From the NCBI GenBank assembly GCA_963843835.1, contig CAWJMD010000008.1, positions 78,752 to 142,751 on the forward strand: 64,000 bases of DNA, read 5' to 3'. The stretch is from an uncultured Actinomycetota bacterium (GTDB taxonomy: Bacteria; Actinomycetota; Actinomycetes; Actinomycetales; CAWJMD01). The position numbers and the translations under genes are program-made. Of this stretch, positions 62,269 to 64,000 are shown piece after piece. The first letter of the stretch is position 1. Every line of letters begins with the position of its first letter. The notes beneath the pieces were generated by a model. That model did not search any database and had not been told where the DNA came from. It saw only the letters and a program-made list of their open reading frames with translations.

Positions 62269-64000
62269 CCCAGCTCGTCCGCGAGCTGCTCGTCCAGCGA
62301 GACCGTCCGTCGCCCGGCCCGGACGTAGACGTCCTCGAGGGTCCGCGCCATCGCCTCGACCGTGAAGCAGGACTCCACGGTCTCCTGCGCCTGCCAGCGC
62401 GCGACCGTCGGCATCCGGCGCACCGGCCAGGTCGAGGGCGCGGGACATCCCGTCGGCCAGCTCGCAGACCACTGCGGTGTCGACGAGCACGCCGGTCACC
62501 CCGTCGTGGACGAAGGTCGCCGGACCACCGCCCCGCGGCGCGACGACGACGAGTCCTGCGGCCATCGCCTCCACCAGGGCGAGCCCGAACTCCTCCTTGA
62601 GGCTGCCGCAGACGTAGGCGCCGCCCGGTGCGACCAGCGGGTGGCTGCCCAGCCGGGCGGCGGCCAGCCAGTGCGCGACCACGTCAGGCGGACGATGACC
62701 GGCCAGCACGAGACCCGCTGCGGCACCGGGATTCTCGGCGACCACCCGCTCGATGCGGTCGAGCTGGGCGCGCTCGTCCGGGGAGGGGCCTTCGAGGTCG
62801 CCTCCGACGACGACGAGGTTGCACCGCTCGCGCAGCGTCGCGTCGCGAGGCCCAGGCCTCGACGACCGTCGCCGTGCCCTTGACGCGGTGCAGCCGTCCG
62901 ACGGACATCAGCAGCGGCAGGCCGCGCCGCTCCGGCGGGAGGGTGGTGAGCGCCTCTTGCAGGGCCGCGGCGGCCGGGGTCGGCCGCCCCGCGCCTCACG
63001 TCGCGCTCGGCGGCGCGGGCGACGGTCAGGTCGATGCCCTCCGGGACGACGGTGCTCGTCCGCGGCTCGGCGTCCAGGTCCACGCCCACGAGCTCGCGAA
63101 GGTCGTCCGCGAGGCGCGGACGGGGGAAGAGCACGCGGTGCGCCACCGAGCGGGAGAGCCGCTGCACCAGTCGTGCGCGGAACCAGAAGTGCTCGACCTC
63201 ATCCACGGCGCCGAAGTTCTCGCGCGTCAGCTCGCCGGTCATGTCGAGCCGGTGGATGACGGCCTGCGGGTCCGGGGCCAGGGTGAACACGACCGGCACC
63301 GCGTGACGGGCGGCGACGGTCGCCGCGGCGAGGGTGCCCACGTCGGCCATCCGCAGGTGCACCACGTCGACCGGGCCCATCCGCTCCAGCACGCGCCGGA
63401 CCGCTCGCTGCACCTCGACGCGCGCGGGCCACGCCTGGGCCATCGATGGTGCGCGCTCGCCGGGGGCGTGCCCTGTGGTCAGCGGCACCAGGTGGTGCCC
63501 GTCCTGGTCGGTGCGGCCGTCCATGAGCCCCCAGCGCGTCGGCAGGGGAGCCGCGGTGCAGCGTCAGCACCCGGTCGACCGCGTCGCCGCCCGCCAGGGC
63601 GTCGCCGAGCCGGACCAGCATCGTCGCGACGCCACCGTTGTCACCGGCGCCTGCCCGCGACAGGCCGCGGTCGAGGTCCGCGTGCAGGTACAGCTGGGCG
63701 ACGGTGAGGCCTGCGCGCGGCCGTCGTCGGTCCGGTACCTCAGGGGTGAGGTCCAGGGCCGCCAGCCGGACCGCAGCGGCCAGGTCGTCGTCGTGGTCGT
63801 GCGACAGCAGGGCGGCCACGGCGTCCTCGGCCGCGCGGTCCCCGCGCCGGTCGCCGAGGGCGGAGACGGCTGCCCGGCGTACGGCCGGGTGCTCGTCGTC
63901 CGCCAGCGCCACCTGCAGCACCGCACGGTCCGCGACCTGCCCGCGCGCCAGCCCGAGGGTCTCCACGAGGCGCACCCGCGCGGCCGCCTCCGGGCCCGCC
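62265..64000 (-). CDS. HEAT-repeat plus GT4 glycosyltransferase fusion (5' partial; four apparent +1 frameshifts near 63530, 62978, 62845 and 62395)
   Basis: HEAT-like DEHPAVRRAAVSALG, then AGAGDNGGVATML, VVPEGID, SVGRLHRVKG and KEEFGLALVEAMAAG; ATGA overlap with the GT1 gene. Confidence 0.75.

Overview
This is a 64 kb stretch of mostly core chromosome from a very high-GC actinomycete. In order it carries: sigH/sigR-rsrA-bL37-biotinyl carrier; a PilT/PilU ATPase; an MctP symporter/ThDP-enzyme operon; sodN/sodX; malic enzyme; PadR-DUF4097; kgd; ABC transporter plus two-component system; guaB1; two CorC/hemolysin genes; tRNA-Arg; argS-lysA; fahA/hmgA; helD; pncA/pncB; clpS-murI-rph-rdgB; a Mo-oxidoreductase/fasciclin pair; tRNA-Leu; bcp; a Ni/Co ECF transporter; a P450; tRNA-Lys; and a glycosyltransferase pair running off the right edge. 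I see no CRISPR array, IS element, integrase or phage gene. At least 8 genes carry single-base frameshifts, mostly in short homopolymers, which points to uncorrected long-read errors rather than biology. The best leads are: (1) a conserved unknown gene coupled to fahA that may supply the missing maleylacetoacetate isomerase step; (2) a HEAT-repeat/GT4 fusion coupled to a GT1 glycosyltransferase; (3) two SigK-type promoters in front of the Mo-oxidoreductase and fasciclin genes; (4) a Nur-like box in front of the ECF transporter, with sodN/sodX in the same window; (5) a switch-like structured leader upstream of malic enzyme; and (6) several small ORFs absent from the ORF track. All calls rest on motif recognition by eye. 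No searches were run.
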